Positions 39,312 to 47,842 of a stretch of 64,000 bases of DNA are shown one piece after another (positions within the stretch are counted from its first letter, which is position 1; each line of letters begins with the position of its first letter). The stretch spans positions 128,524 through 192,523 of the forward strand of contig JBBDNA010000006.1 in assembly GCA_040877915.1 (NCBI GenBank). The letters are read 5' to 3'. This DNA is from Dehalococcoidia bacterium (lineage in GTDB: Bacteria; Chloroflexota; Dehalococcoidia; SM23-28-2; RBG-16-64-32). The notes below the pieces were generated by a model. That model ran no database searches. It saw only the letters and a list, made by a program, of their open reading frames with translations, and was not told where the DNA came from. The position numbers were made by a program, and so were the translations under genes.

Positions 39312-39340
39312 TTGACACCTTGCGCTCCCTATGCTAGACT
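39312..39340 (+). promoter_or_regulatory. Sigma70-type promoter of gltB
   Basis: TTGACA-N17-TAGACT with extended TGn. Confidence 0.8.
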
Positions 39341-39462
39341 CTCGCCACAATCGATGGCGTCTATGCCGCACGGCAGCCCCCGCCGGTGCGGCGTCTTTAT
39401 AGACAGGCCATTGACTATCTCGATATACTGAAATTCCTTCAGCCCGAAGGGCCACTTTACAC

Positions 39463-42400
39463 ATGAGCTACTTACCTAAAGCCGCTCATACCCTATACGA
39501 CCCCCGCTTCGAGACCGACGCCTGCGGCGTCGGCTTCCTGGCGCGCCCCGGCGGCGAGCCGAGCCACGACATCGTGGAGATGGCGCTCACCGCCGTCGTC
39601 AACCTGGCCCATCGCGGCGCCGTGGACGCCGACGCCAAGACCGGCGACGGCGCCGGCATCCTCGTCCAGGTCCCCCGCCGCTTCCTCGCCCGCGAGGCGA
39701 AACGGCTGGGGTTTACGCTAGACGACCCCGAAAAGCTCGCCGTCGCCATGGCCTTCCTACCCGCCGGCGACGAGGCCGCCGCCCGCCCCGACGGGCGCCC
39801 ATCTGGGCGTTGCCGTGAGCTCATCGAAGAGAAGGTCCGCGGCCGCGGTCTCAACGTCCTGGGCTGGCGCGAGGTACCGATCGACCGCTCGGTCCTGGGC
39901 GAGAAGGCGCTAGCGACCTGCCCCAGCGTCTGGCAGCTCCTCGTCACCCCGCCCGACGGCCTCGACGGCGACGCCTACGAGCGCGTGCTGTTCCTGGCCC
40001 GCAAGGAGATCGAGGCCGCCGCCCGCGAGGAGGGGATCGAGCACTGCTACATCCCGTCGTTCTCCCATCGCACGCTGGTCTACAAGGGCCTGCTCGTCGC
40101 CAAACAGGTGCGCGAGTTCTACCCCGACCTGCAGGACCCGGAGTTCGAGTCGGCTCTGGCGCTGTTCCACCAGCGCTACAGCACGAACACGTTCCCCAGC
40201 TGGCATCTGGCGCAGCCGCTGCGCTACCTGGCTCACAACGGCGAGATCAACACCGTCTGGGGCAACGAGAACTGGATGCGGGCCCGTGAGCCCGAGCTGC
40301 ACTCGCAGGTCTGGGGCGAAGACATCGGCAAGCTGCGGCCCATCATCACCCCCGGCAACAGCGACTCGGCCAGCCTGGATAACTCCCTGGAGGCCCTCTA
40401 CCTCTCCGGCCGTGACCTCCTGCACGCCATGCTCATGCTGGTACCCCAGGCCTGGGAGCGCATGCCCGACCTGGACCCGGCCTGGCGCGACTTCTACGAG
40501 TACCACGCCTGCCTGATGGAGCCCTGGGACGGACCGGCCGGGCTCAGCTTCACCGACGGCAACCTCGTCGGCGCGGTGTTGGACCGCAACGGCCTGCGGC
40601 CCCTGCGCTACAAGATCGCCAAAGACGGCCTCGTCGTCGCCGCGTCTGAGGTCGGCGTCGTCGACATGCCCGACGCCGACGTCGTCGAGAAGGGGCGGCT
40701 CGGCCCCGGAGAGATGATCGTCGTCGACGTCGCCGGCGCCCGCATGCTCAAGAAGCCGGACATCATGGCGGAGGTGGTCAACCGGCAGCCGTATGGGCAG
40801 TGGGTCGGCGAGAACCTGATCCGTCTGCCACCGACGCCGCCGGGCCAGGACGGCGACAGCCACCGCGCCGGCCTCAACGGCATCGGCCTGCCCCAACTCC
40901 AGATGGCCTTCGCCTGTACGAACGAAGACGTCAAGATGATCATCAAGACTATGGTCACCGAAGGCCACGACCCGGTCTGGTCCATGGGCGACGACGTCCC
41001 CCTGGCCGTCCTCTCCGAGATGCGGCGCCCGCTGATGTTCTACTTCAAGCAGCGGTTCGCGCAGGTCTCCAACCCCGCCATCGACCCCCTGCGCGAAGAG
41101 CTGGTCATGTCGCTCGACTGCTACCTGGGGCCGCGCCACAGCGTCTTCGAGGAGACGCCGCACCACGCCAGGCTCATCCACCTGCCTTACCCGATACTGA
41201 CTGCCCAGCAGATACGGACCCTCCGCGAAAACCCCGACCCTTCCTTCAAGCCGGCGGATATCTCCTGCCTCTTCCCGGCAAGAGATGGCCCCGAGGCCCT
41301 GGCCAAGGCGCTGGACCGGCTGTGCGAGGAGGCCTCGGCCGCCGTGGACGCCGGCGCGGCGATCCTGATCCTGAGTGATGCCGGCGTCAACGCCGAGAGC
41401 GCGCCCATCCCGATGCTCCTGGCCGCCGCCTCCCTCCACCACCACCTCATCCGCGAGGGCAAGCGCATGCGCACGGACATCGTCGTGGAGACGGGCGCGG
41501 CCTGGGACATCCACCACTTCGCGCTGCTCCTGGGCTTCGGCGTCAACGGCATCCACCCCTACCTGGTGAACGCTACCGTCCGCTCCTTCCTCCAGGACCG
41601 CGACATGCAGGAGTCGACCCTCGAGGAGGCGGAGGGCAAGCTGCGCACGGCCATGGAGCGCGGCATCCTTAAGATCATGTCCAAGATGGGCATCTCCGCC
41701 CTCAGCTCCTACCGCGGCGCCCAGATCTTCGAGGCGATAGGCCTGTCCGAGGAGCTGGTGGAGCGCTGCTTCACCGGCACGCCGGCCCGGCTCGGCGGCA
41801 TCGGCCTGCGGGAGATCGGCGAGGACGTCCTGCACTGGCACAGCCTCGCCTTCCCCGACGGCCAGCCGAAGCGCCTTCCCGACATCGGCTACATCCGCTT
41901 CCGGAAAGAGGGCGAGTACCACGGCTTCAACCCTACCGTCGTCACCGCCTTCCAGGCAGCCGTCAGGGAGAACGACGCCCACAAGTACGACCTGTACTCC
42001 AACCTCGTTCACGGCGGCCCACCGCGCACGCTGCGCGACATCATGGAGTTCCAGAGCGACCAGCCATCCATCCCCATCGAAGAGGTGGAGCCGATCGAGA
42101 GCCTGTTCGCCCGCTTCGTGACCGCCGGCATGTCCATGGGCGCGCTCAGCCCCCGCGCGCACGCCACGATCGCCGCCGGGATGAACCGGATCGGCGCCCG
42201 CTCCAACACCGGCGAGGGCGGCGAGGACCCCGACTGGTACGAGCCGTTCCCCAACGGCGACTCGGCGAACAGCCGCATCAAGCAGGTTGCCTCGGGTCGT
42301 TTCGGCGTCACGGCCGCCTACCTCTCGCAGGCCGACGAGCTGGAGATCAAGATCGCGCAGGGCTCCAAGCCCGGCGAGGGCGGCCAGCTCCCCGGCCACA

Positions 42401-44040
42401 AGGTCACCGAGTTCATCGCCCGGATGCGCCACGCCGTGACCGGCATCCCCCTGATCTCCCCGCCTCCCCACCACGACATCTACAGCATCGAGGACATAGC
42501 CCAGCTGATATACGACCTGAAGCAGGCCAACCCGCGCGCCCGCGTCGGCGTGAAGCTCGTCGCGGAGAGCGGTGTGGGGACGATCGCCGCCGGCGTGGTC
42601 AAGGCCTACGCGGACTACATACAGATCAGCGGCATGGACGGCGGCACCGGCGCGTCGCCCCTGTCGTCTATCAAGAACGCCGGCTGTCCCTGGGAGCTGG
42701 GCCTGGCCGAGACGCAGCAGGTCCTCATGCTCAACGGCCTGCGGGGCCGAATCCGCCTGCGCACGGACGGCGGCATCAAGACCGGCCGCGACGTCATCGT
42801 CGCCGCCATGCTGGGCGCCGACGAGTTCGGTTTCGGGACGGCCACGCTGGTCGCCATCGGCTGCGACATGGCCCGCCAGTGCCACCTCAACACCTGCCCC
42901 ACCGGCATCGCCACCCAGCGCCAGGACCTGATCGACGAGAAGTTTAGCGGCGACCCCCAGCACGTCGTCAACTACTTCACCTTCGTCGCCAACGAGGTCC
43001 GGCAGTACCTCGCCTACCTGGGCTACCGCAGCCTCGGCGACCTCATCGGCCGCGTCGACCTGCTCTCGCCGAAGGGGCTGCCGAAGGGGCACCGCGGCCG
43101 CTCCCTGATCCTGGAAGCGATCCTGGCCGACGTCGACCCGGCCGGGCTGATGGACCGGCACTGCACCCAGTTCCGCAACGACCGCCCCCACCCCTGCGCC
43201 GACGACCGGCTACTCCCCGAAGTCGAGCCGGCCATCGAGAGCCGCACGCCCGTCCGCGTCTCCACCGACATCCGCAACAGCGACCTGACCGCCGGCGGGC
43301 GCATCGCCGGGATGATAGCGCACCGCTACCGCAAGGACCCGCTGCCCGAAGGAACCATCGAGATCAACTACCGCGGCAGCGCCGGCCAGAGCTTCGGGGC
43401 CTGGTGCACAACCGGCATGCGCCTGACCCTGGAGGGCGAGGCGAACGACTACGTGGGCAAGGGGATGTGCGGCGGCGAAATCGTCGTTCGCCCTCCGGAA
43501 GGCGCGCCCTTCGCCGCCCACGAGAACGTGATCATCGGCAACACCGTGCTCTACGGCGCCACCGGCGGCCGCATGTTCGTGGCCGGGCGGGCGGGCGAAC
43601 GCTTCGCCGTGCGCAACAGCGGCGCCGTGGCCGTTATCGAGGGCGCCGGCGACCACTGCTGCGAGTACATGACGCAGGGCGTCGTCGTCGTCCTGGGCGC
43701 CACCGGCCGCAACTTCGGCGCCGGCATGTCCCACGGCTTCGCCTACGTCCTGGACGAGGACGGCTCCTTCCCCCGCAAGTACAACCCGGAGCTGGTGACG
43801 ATCGACAAGGTATCGTCGAAGGACGACCTCCGCGAGCTGAAGGGCCTCATCGAAGAGCACGTCGAGAAGACGGGCAGCGCCCGCGGCCGCGAGATACTCG
43901 ATGGCTGGAGCCATTACCTGCCGCTATTCTGGAAGGTGTCGCCCCAGTCCCTGGCCTACAAGATCGACGGCCACGTGGACGAGGATGCCGAGAAGGATGA
44001 CGCGGCGAAGGCGGCGCAGCCCCAGCCGGCGTCTCGATAG
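39463..44040 (+). CDS. gltB: Glutamate synthase large subunit
   Basis: DACGVGF (N-terminal Cys after processing), HQRYSTNT, HNGEINT, EPWDGPA, QGSKPGEGGQLPG, C..ARQCHLNTCPTG, GERFAVRNSG. Confidence 0.98.
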   Translation: MSYLPKAAHTLYDPRFETDACGVGFLARPGGEPSHDIVEMALTAVVNLAHRGAVDADAKTGDGAGILVQVPRRFLAREAKRLGFTLDDPEKLAVAMAFLPAGDEAAARPDGRPSGRCRELIEEKVRGRGLNVLGWREVPIDRSVLGEKALATCPSVWQLLVTPPDGLDGDAYERVLFLARKEIEAAAREEGIEHCYIPSFSHRTLVYKGLLVAKQVREFYPDLQDPEFESALALFHQRYSTNTFPSWHLAQPLRYLAHNGEINTVWGNENWMRAREPELHSQVWGEDIGKLRPIITPGNSDSASLDNSLEALYLSGRDLLHAMLMLVPQAWERMPDLDPAWRDFYEYHACLMEPWDGPAGLSFTDGNLVGAVLDRNGLRPLRYKIAKDGLVVAASEVGVVDMPDADVVEKGRLGPGEMIVVDVAGARMLKKPDIMAEVVNRQPYGQWVGENLIRLPPTPPGQDGDSHRAGLNGIGLPQLQMAFACTNEDVKMIIKTMVTEGHDPVWSMGDDVPLAVLSEMRRPLMFYFKQRFAQVSNPAIDPLREELVMSLDCYLGPRHSVFEETPHHARLIHLPYPILTAQQIRTLRENPDPSFKPADISCLFPARDGPEALAKALDRLCEEASAAVDAGAAILILSDAGVNAESAPIPMLLAAASLHHHLIREGKRMRTDIVVETGAAWDIHHFALLLGFGVNGIHPYLVNATVRSFLQDRDMQESTLEEAEGKLRTAMERGILKIMSKMGISALSSYRGAQIFEAIGLSEELVERCFTGTPARLGGIGLREIGEDVLHWHSLAFPDGQPKRLPDIGYIRFRKEGEYHGFNPTVVTAFQAAVRENDAHKYDLYSNLVHGGPPRTLRDIMEFQSDQPSIPIEEVEPIESLFARFVTAGMSMGALSPRAHATIAAGMNRIGARSNTGEGGEDPDWYEPFPNGDSANSRIKQVASGRFGVTAAYLSQADELEIKIAQGSKPGEGGQLPGHKVTEFIARMRHAVTGIPLISPPPHHDIYSIEDIAQLIYDLKQANPRARVGVKLVAESGVGTIAAGVVKAYADYIQISGMDGGTGASPLSSIKNAGCPWELGLAETQQVLMLNGLRGRIRLRTDGGIKTGRDVIVAAMLGADEFGFGTATLVAIGCDMARQCHLNTCPTGIATQRQDLIDEKFSGDPQHVVNYFTFVANEVRQYLAYLGYRSLGDLIGRVDLLSPKGLPKGHRGRSLILEAILADVDPAGLMDRHCTQFRNDRPHPCADDRLLPEVEPAIESRTPVRVSTDIRNSDLTAGGRIAGMIAHRYRKDPLPEGTIEINYRGSAGQSFGAWCTTGMRLTLEGEANDYVGKGMCGGEIVVRPPEGAPFAAHENVIIGNTVLYGATGGRMFVAGRAGERFAVRNSGAVAVIEGAGDHCCEYMTQGVVVVLGATGRNFGAGMSHGFAYVLDEDGSFPRKYNPELVTIDKVSSKDDLRELKGLIEEHVEKTGSARGREILDGWSHYLPLFWKVSPQSLAYKIDGHVDEDAEKDDAAKAAQPQPASR

Positions 44041-44063
44041 ACCCGGCCCAACCCCCGTGCACT

Positions 44064-44286
44064 GTAGGGTCGACCTTCAGGTCGCCCGCGACCGCAGCCC
44101 GCGTCCAGATAGCCCCGCCCACCAACCTTCGTCCTCCGGGCCGGCCCATGTAGCGGAGGTCCCTTCGACTTCGCTCAGGACATGCTTCAGACCTCCAGCC
44201 TCCAGCCCTGCCCTGAGCCCGCCGTAGGGTCGCCGCCCACAGTCTCGCCAGCGCCCGTTCGCACTGAGCCTGTCGAAGTGCTTCGT
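44064..44286. repeat. REP-like repeat cluster after gltB
   Basis: GTAG/TTCA hairpin 44064-87; GTAG/TTCA hairpin 44150-96 interrupted by a 24-bp CCTTCGACTTCGCTCAGGACATGC insert; (CCTCCAG)2; CTGAGCCTGTCGAAG unit 44256-86. Confidence 0.85.
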
Positions 44287-44481
44287 GAACCTCAACGCGC
44301 ACCAGGCAGGCATTGGAGCCGGGACACCGCCAGCCCGCCTCCACCACGCGTTGACAGGCTCTCACCTGTCATGCTGAGCGCCGACCACGATTGCGCGTAG
44401 TTCGAGTCGCCGCCGCGAAGCATCTGGGGCTGGGCAGCGCTCGCGCGTGGTAGCGCAGCCACAGCCCGCCTCCACCACGCG

Positions 44482-44511
44482 TTGACACCCCCTCCGCCTA
44501 TCTGCTACCCT
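44482..44511 (+). promoter_or_regulatory. Putative promoter of the iscA/erpA-like gene
   Basis: TTGACA-N18-TACCCT with TGn extension. Confidence 0.55.
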
Positions 44512-44563
44512 CAATTCGCGAGTAAAGATACTAATCGCTTCCCAAAACACGCGAGGTGAGCGG

Positions 44564-44926
44564 ATGCTGACGATGACAGACAAGGCCAGCGAGAAGGCCA
44601 AGGAGCTGTTCAAGGAGAAGGGCCTGGACGCCCAGGCCGCCCTCCGCGTCTTCGTCGCCGGCGGCGGCTGCTCCGGCTACCAGTACGGCATGGCCCTGGC
44701 CCGCGAGCCCGACGCCGAGGACCTGCTCATCGAAGCGTCCGGCGTCCGCCTCGTCGTCGACCCCGACAGCGCCCCGCTGCTGGAAGGCGCGGAGATCGAC
44801 TACGTGGACGACCTGATGAAGGCCGGCTTCACCATCTTCAACCCCAACGCCGTGAAGTCCTGCGCCTGCGGCACCAGCTTCCAGACCGCCGAGGGCGGCG
44901 GCCAGGCCAAGGCCTGCTCGCACTAG
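44564..44926 (+). CDS. A-type Fe-S carrier (HesB/IscA/ErpA family)
   Basis: GGGCSG, IDYVDDL, FNPNAVKSCACGTSF. Confidence 0.92.
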   Translation: MLTMTDKASEKAKELFKEKGLDAQAALRVFVAGGGCSGYQYGMALAREPDAEDLLIEASGVRLVVDPDSAPLLEGAEIDYVDDLMKAGFTIFNPNAVKSCACGTSFQTAEGGGQAKACSH

Positions 44927-45044
44927 CCCCTCCGCCCCGCGCCACCCCCAACCAGCGACCTACAACCGGCAAGCCTCGGCCGTTCGCGCTATCATGGTTC
45001 GCGGCTTTTTCGGTTTGTAGGCTTGCCCGCAAGGAGGCCCGTCC

Positions 45045-45497
45045 ATGACCTACTGGATCGTCGTCGGCTCCGAGGACAACATGCGCATCGCCGAGGCCCG
45101 CGGCTTCGACATCTTCGGCTTCAAGTCGACCCGCCGCCGCGAGGCCGCCGGGATGCAGCCCGGCGACAAGCTCATCTTCTACCTCACCAAGATCATGAAG
45201 TTCGGCGGCCTGGCCGAGGTCACCTCCGAGTACTTCGAGGACCACGAGAGGGTCTTCCGCTCCGACAAAAAGCCCAGGGAGGATTACCCGTTCCGCGTCA
45301 ACGTCCGCCCGGAGATCGTCCTCACGCCCGACCAGTACCTGGACGTCAAGGAGATCGGCCCCACGCTGGAGTACACGAAGAAGTGGCCGGCGGAGCACTG
45401 GCGCCTCGCCTTCCAGGGCAACCTGCACCAGATCCCGCAGTCGGACTTCGAGCGAATCGCCGCCCTCATGCGCGAGGCGGCGGGGGTCAGGGCGTAG
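45045..45497 (+). CDS. EVE domain protein (PUA-like)
   Basis: YWIVV.S.DN, MQPGDKLIFY, YPFRV, AFQG.L.QIPQSDF pattern. Confidence 0.8.
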   Translation: MTYWIVVGSEDNMRIAEARGFDIFGFKSTRRREAAGMQPGDKLIFYLTKIMKFGGLAEVTSEYFEDHERVFRSDKKPREDYPFRVNVRPEIVLTPDQYLDVKEIGPTLEYTKKWPAEHWRLAFQGNLHQIPQSDFERIAALMREAAGVRA

Positions 45498-45515
45498 CCC
45501 TACGGCGGCGGTGGA

Positions 45516-46370
45516 ATGGCACTCATCCCGACGTTCTTCCCGGACTGTGTTGTGGCGATAGGCACGTACGCAAATTCCGAGATGCCCGTCTGGTTAGCTT
45601 CGGGGTTCTTCTACGGTTATCGCGTAAGTCCTGAGAACTCAGACGACGCCAAGTACCGCGTTTTTCTAGTCACGAACCGGCACGTATTTGATGGTCTCTC
45701 CGCGGCCTGCGTCCGGGTAAACCCCGAGGCAGACGAGCCGGCAAGAGTCTACAACTTGGACCTACAAGACAAGCAAGGCAAGACCCTGTGGCGCTCCCAT
45801 CCCCGCAGCGAGGTTGACCTCGCCGTAGTACCCGTAAACTTCTCCCTCCTGAAAGAGGAACTCATGCAGGCTGCCTTCTTTACGAGCGACAAGCACAGCG
45901 CGTCCATCGACAAGATGATTGAACTGGGAATTTGTGAAGGTGACTTCGCTTATGTGCTCGGCTTCCCTATGGCCCTTGTGGGCGACAAGCGGAACGCTGT
46001 CATCGTACGTGGTGGCTCGATCGCCCGAATCAGAGACACATTGGCAAAGGCAAATTCCGAGTTCCTTGTTGACGCCTTCATATTCCCGGGGAACAGCGGA
46101 GGGCCAGTCATTTCCAAGCCCGAAGTCGTGGCTATCAAAGGGACCAAATCGCAAAACTCCGCTTATCTGATAGGAGTCGTCAAGTCCTACGTCCCTTATC
46201 AGGATGTGGCCGTCAGTCGCCAGACAGGTCAGCCTCGTGTCATCTTCGAAGAAAACTCAGGGCTAACCGCAGCCCATCCAATCGATTACATAGACGAGGT
46301 GATCGAGGAACACCTAAAGACGAAGGCTGATTTACCAGAGCCAGAATCCACACCACCTCAGGAACCTTAG
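45516..46370 (+). CDS. Trypsin-like serine protease, atypical (lower GC) composition
   Basis: Catalytic triad TNRH, DLAV, GNSGGP; many A/T-ending codons compared with neighbours; no signal peptide or PDZ. Confidence 0.85.
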   Translation: MALIPTFFPDCVVAIGTYANSEMPVWLASGFFYGYRVSPENSDDAKYRVFLVTNRHVFDGLSAACVRVNPEADEPARVYNLDLQDKQGKTLWRSHPRSEVDLAVVPVNFSLLKEELMQAAFFTSDKHSASIDKMIELGICEGDFAYVLGFPMALVGDKRNAVIVRGGSIARIRDTLAKANSEFLVDAFIFPGNSGGPVISKPEVVAIKGTKSQNSAYLIGVVKSYVPYQDVAVSRQTGQPRVIFEENSGLTAAHPIDYIDEVIEEHLKTKADLPEPESTPPQEP

Positions 46371-46419
46371 CGGGCATCCGTCATTGTCTCCCCTTCGGCC
46401 TTCCGATAAGCTTCACGAC

Positions 46420-47346
46420 ATGAGCGATCCCGCAAACCCGGGCGACGTCGCCGTTGCCGAACCCACGACCCTGCGCGAGAAGCTGGCCGCCGGCCGTTTC
46501 GTCGTCAGCGCCGAGGTCGACCCGCCGCACGGCCTGCGCACCCGCAGAGCCCTGGAGGGCGCCGCCCTGCTCCGCGACGCCGGCATCGACGCCATCAACG
46601 TCGGCGACAGCCCCACCGCCAAGGTCCGCATGTCCCCCCTCGCCATGTCCGTCCTCCTCCAGCGCGAGCTCGGCGTCGAAATCGTCATGCACTACACCAC
46701 CCGCGACCGCAACGCCCTGGCCGTCCACTCGGACATGGTCGGCGCCCACGCCCTCGGCATCCGCAACATCCTCTGCCTGCGCGGCGACCCGCCCTCCGTC
46801 GGCGGCTACACGGACATCGTCGGCGTCTGGGACATCAGCGCGGTCGGCCTCGTGCGATCGCTCAAGCTGCTGAACGAAGGACTGGACTGGTCCGGCAAGC
46901 CGATCAGCGGCGAGGCCGATTTCTTCATCGGCGCCTCCTGCGACCCCAACGCAGACCCCCTGGAACCCCAGCTGCGGCTCATGCGACGCAAGGCCGAGGC
47001 CGGCGCCCACTTCTTCGTCTCCCAGAACGTGTTCGACGAGAATGTCCTCGATAACTTCCTCGACAAGACGAAGCGCATCGGCCTGCCCGTCATCGTCGGC
47101 GTGCTGCCGCTGCACAACTCCCGCCACGCCGAGTTCCTGCACACCGAGGTGCCGGGAATGCGCATCCCCGACGCCGTCCGCGAGCGCATGCGCAAGGCCG
47201 GCGACGACAAGGGCCCGCGCGAGGGCCAGGCCATGGCCCGCGACTTCCTGGCCGTCTGCCGCGAGAAGTGTGCCGGCGCCTACGTCGTGCCTTCGTTCGG
47301 TCGCTACGACCTCGTCGCCGAGCTGGTCGCGGAGATCAAGCGCTAG
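46420..47346 (+). CDS. Methylenetetrahydrofolate reductase-like protein (MetF fold, similar to the C-terminal domain of bifunctional YitJ-type enzymes)
   Basis: AEVDPP, INVGDSP..KVRMS, HYTTRDRN, RGDPP, AGAHFFVSQ; TAAGCT 7 nt before ATG. Confidence 0.82.
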   Translation: MSDPANPGDVAVAEPTTLREKLAAGRFVVSAEVDPPHGLRTRRALEGAALLRDAGIDAINVGDSPTAKVRMSPLAMSVLLQRELGVEIVMHYTTRDRNALAVHSDMVGAHALGIRNILCLRGDPPSVGGYTDIVGVWDISAVGLVRSLKLLNEGLDWSGKPISGEADFFIGASCDPNADPLEPQLRLMRRKAEAGAHFFVSQNVFDENVLDNFLDKTKRIGLPVIVGVLPLHNSRHAEFLHTEVPGMRIPDAVRERMRKAGDDKGPREGQAMARDFLAVCREKCAGAYVVPSFGRYDLVAELVAEIKR

Positions 47347-47410
47347 ACCGGCCCGACGGGCCCGTCCGGGCGCGCTGCCTGCCGGCGGGCCGGCGCGCTA
47401 TACTGGATAC

Positions 47411-47842
47411 GTGACCGGTAGAGCCATCGTCCTGTTCGACGGCGTCTGCAACCTCTGCAACGCCTCGCTGGACTTCATCCTGCGTCACGATAGTCGCGGC
47501 TACTTCCGCTTCGCCTCCCTGCAGTCGGACGCCGGCCGGCGGCTGGCACGAGAGCACGGCCTCGACCCAGAGCGGATCGACACCGTCGTGCTGGTAGAGG
47601 ACGGCAAGGCATACCTCCGGTCGAAGGCGGCGCTGCGGATCGCGCGACGGCTGAGCGGGCCGTATAACGCCGCGTACATGCTTATCGCCGTGCCGCGACC
47701 GGTGCGCGATTTCGTATACGACCGGGTCGCCCGCAGTCGCTACCGCTGGTTCGGCAAGCGCGACACCTGCCGCGCCCCCACACCCGAGGAGCGCGACCGC
47801 CTCCTGGACTACGAGCCCGCCGGCGAGGAGGTGGCGGCGTGA
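47411..47842 (+). CDS. DCC1-like thiol-disulfide oxidoreductase (YuxK/DUF393)
   Basis: VLFDGVCNLC, FASLQS, RDFVYDRVARSRYRWFG; TATACT 6 nt before GTG. Confidence 0.88.
   Translation: MTGRAIVLFDGVCNLCNASLDFILRHDSRGYFRFASLQSDAGRRLAREHGLDPERIDTVVLVEDGKAYLRSKAALRIARRLSGPYNAAYMLIAVPRPVRDFVYDRVARSRYRWFGKRDTCRAPTPEERDRLLDYEPAGEEVAA

Noticed and set aside
39910-43191. Long alternative-frame ORFs (also 13758-16253, 9563-11260, 36761-38500 and others)
   Set aside because: These are antisense or shadow ORFs over well-supported genes, expected in high-GC DNA, with no recognisable motifs.
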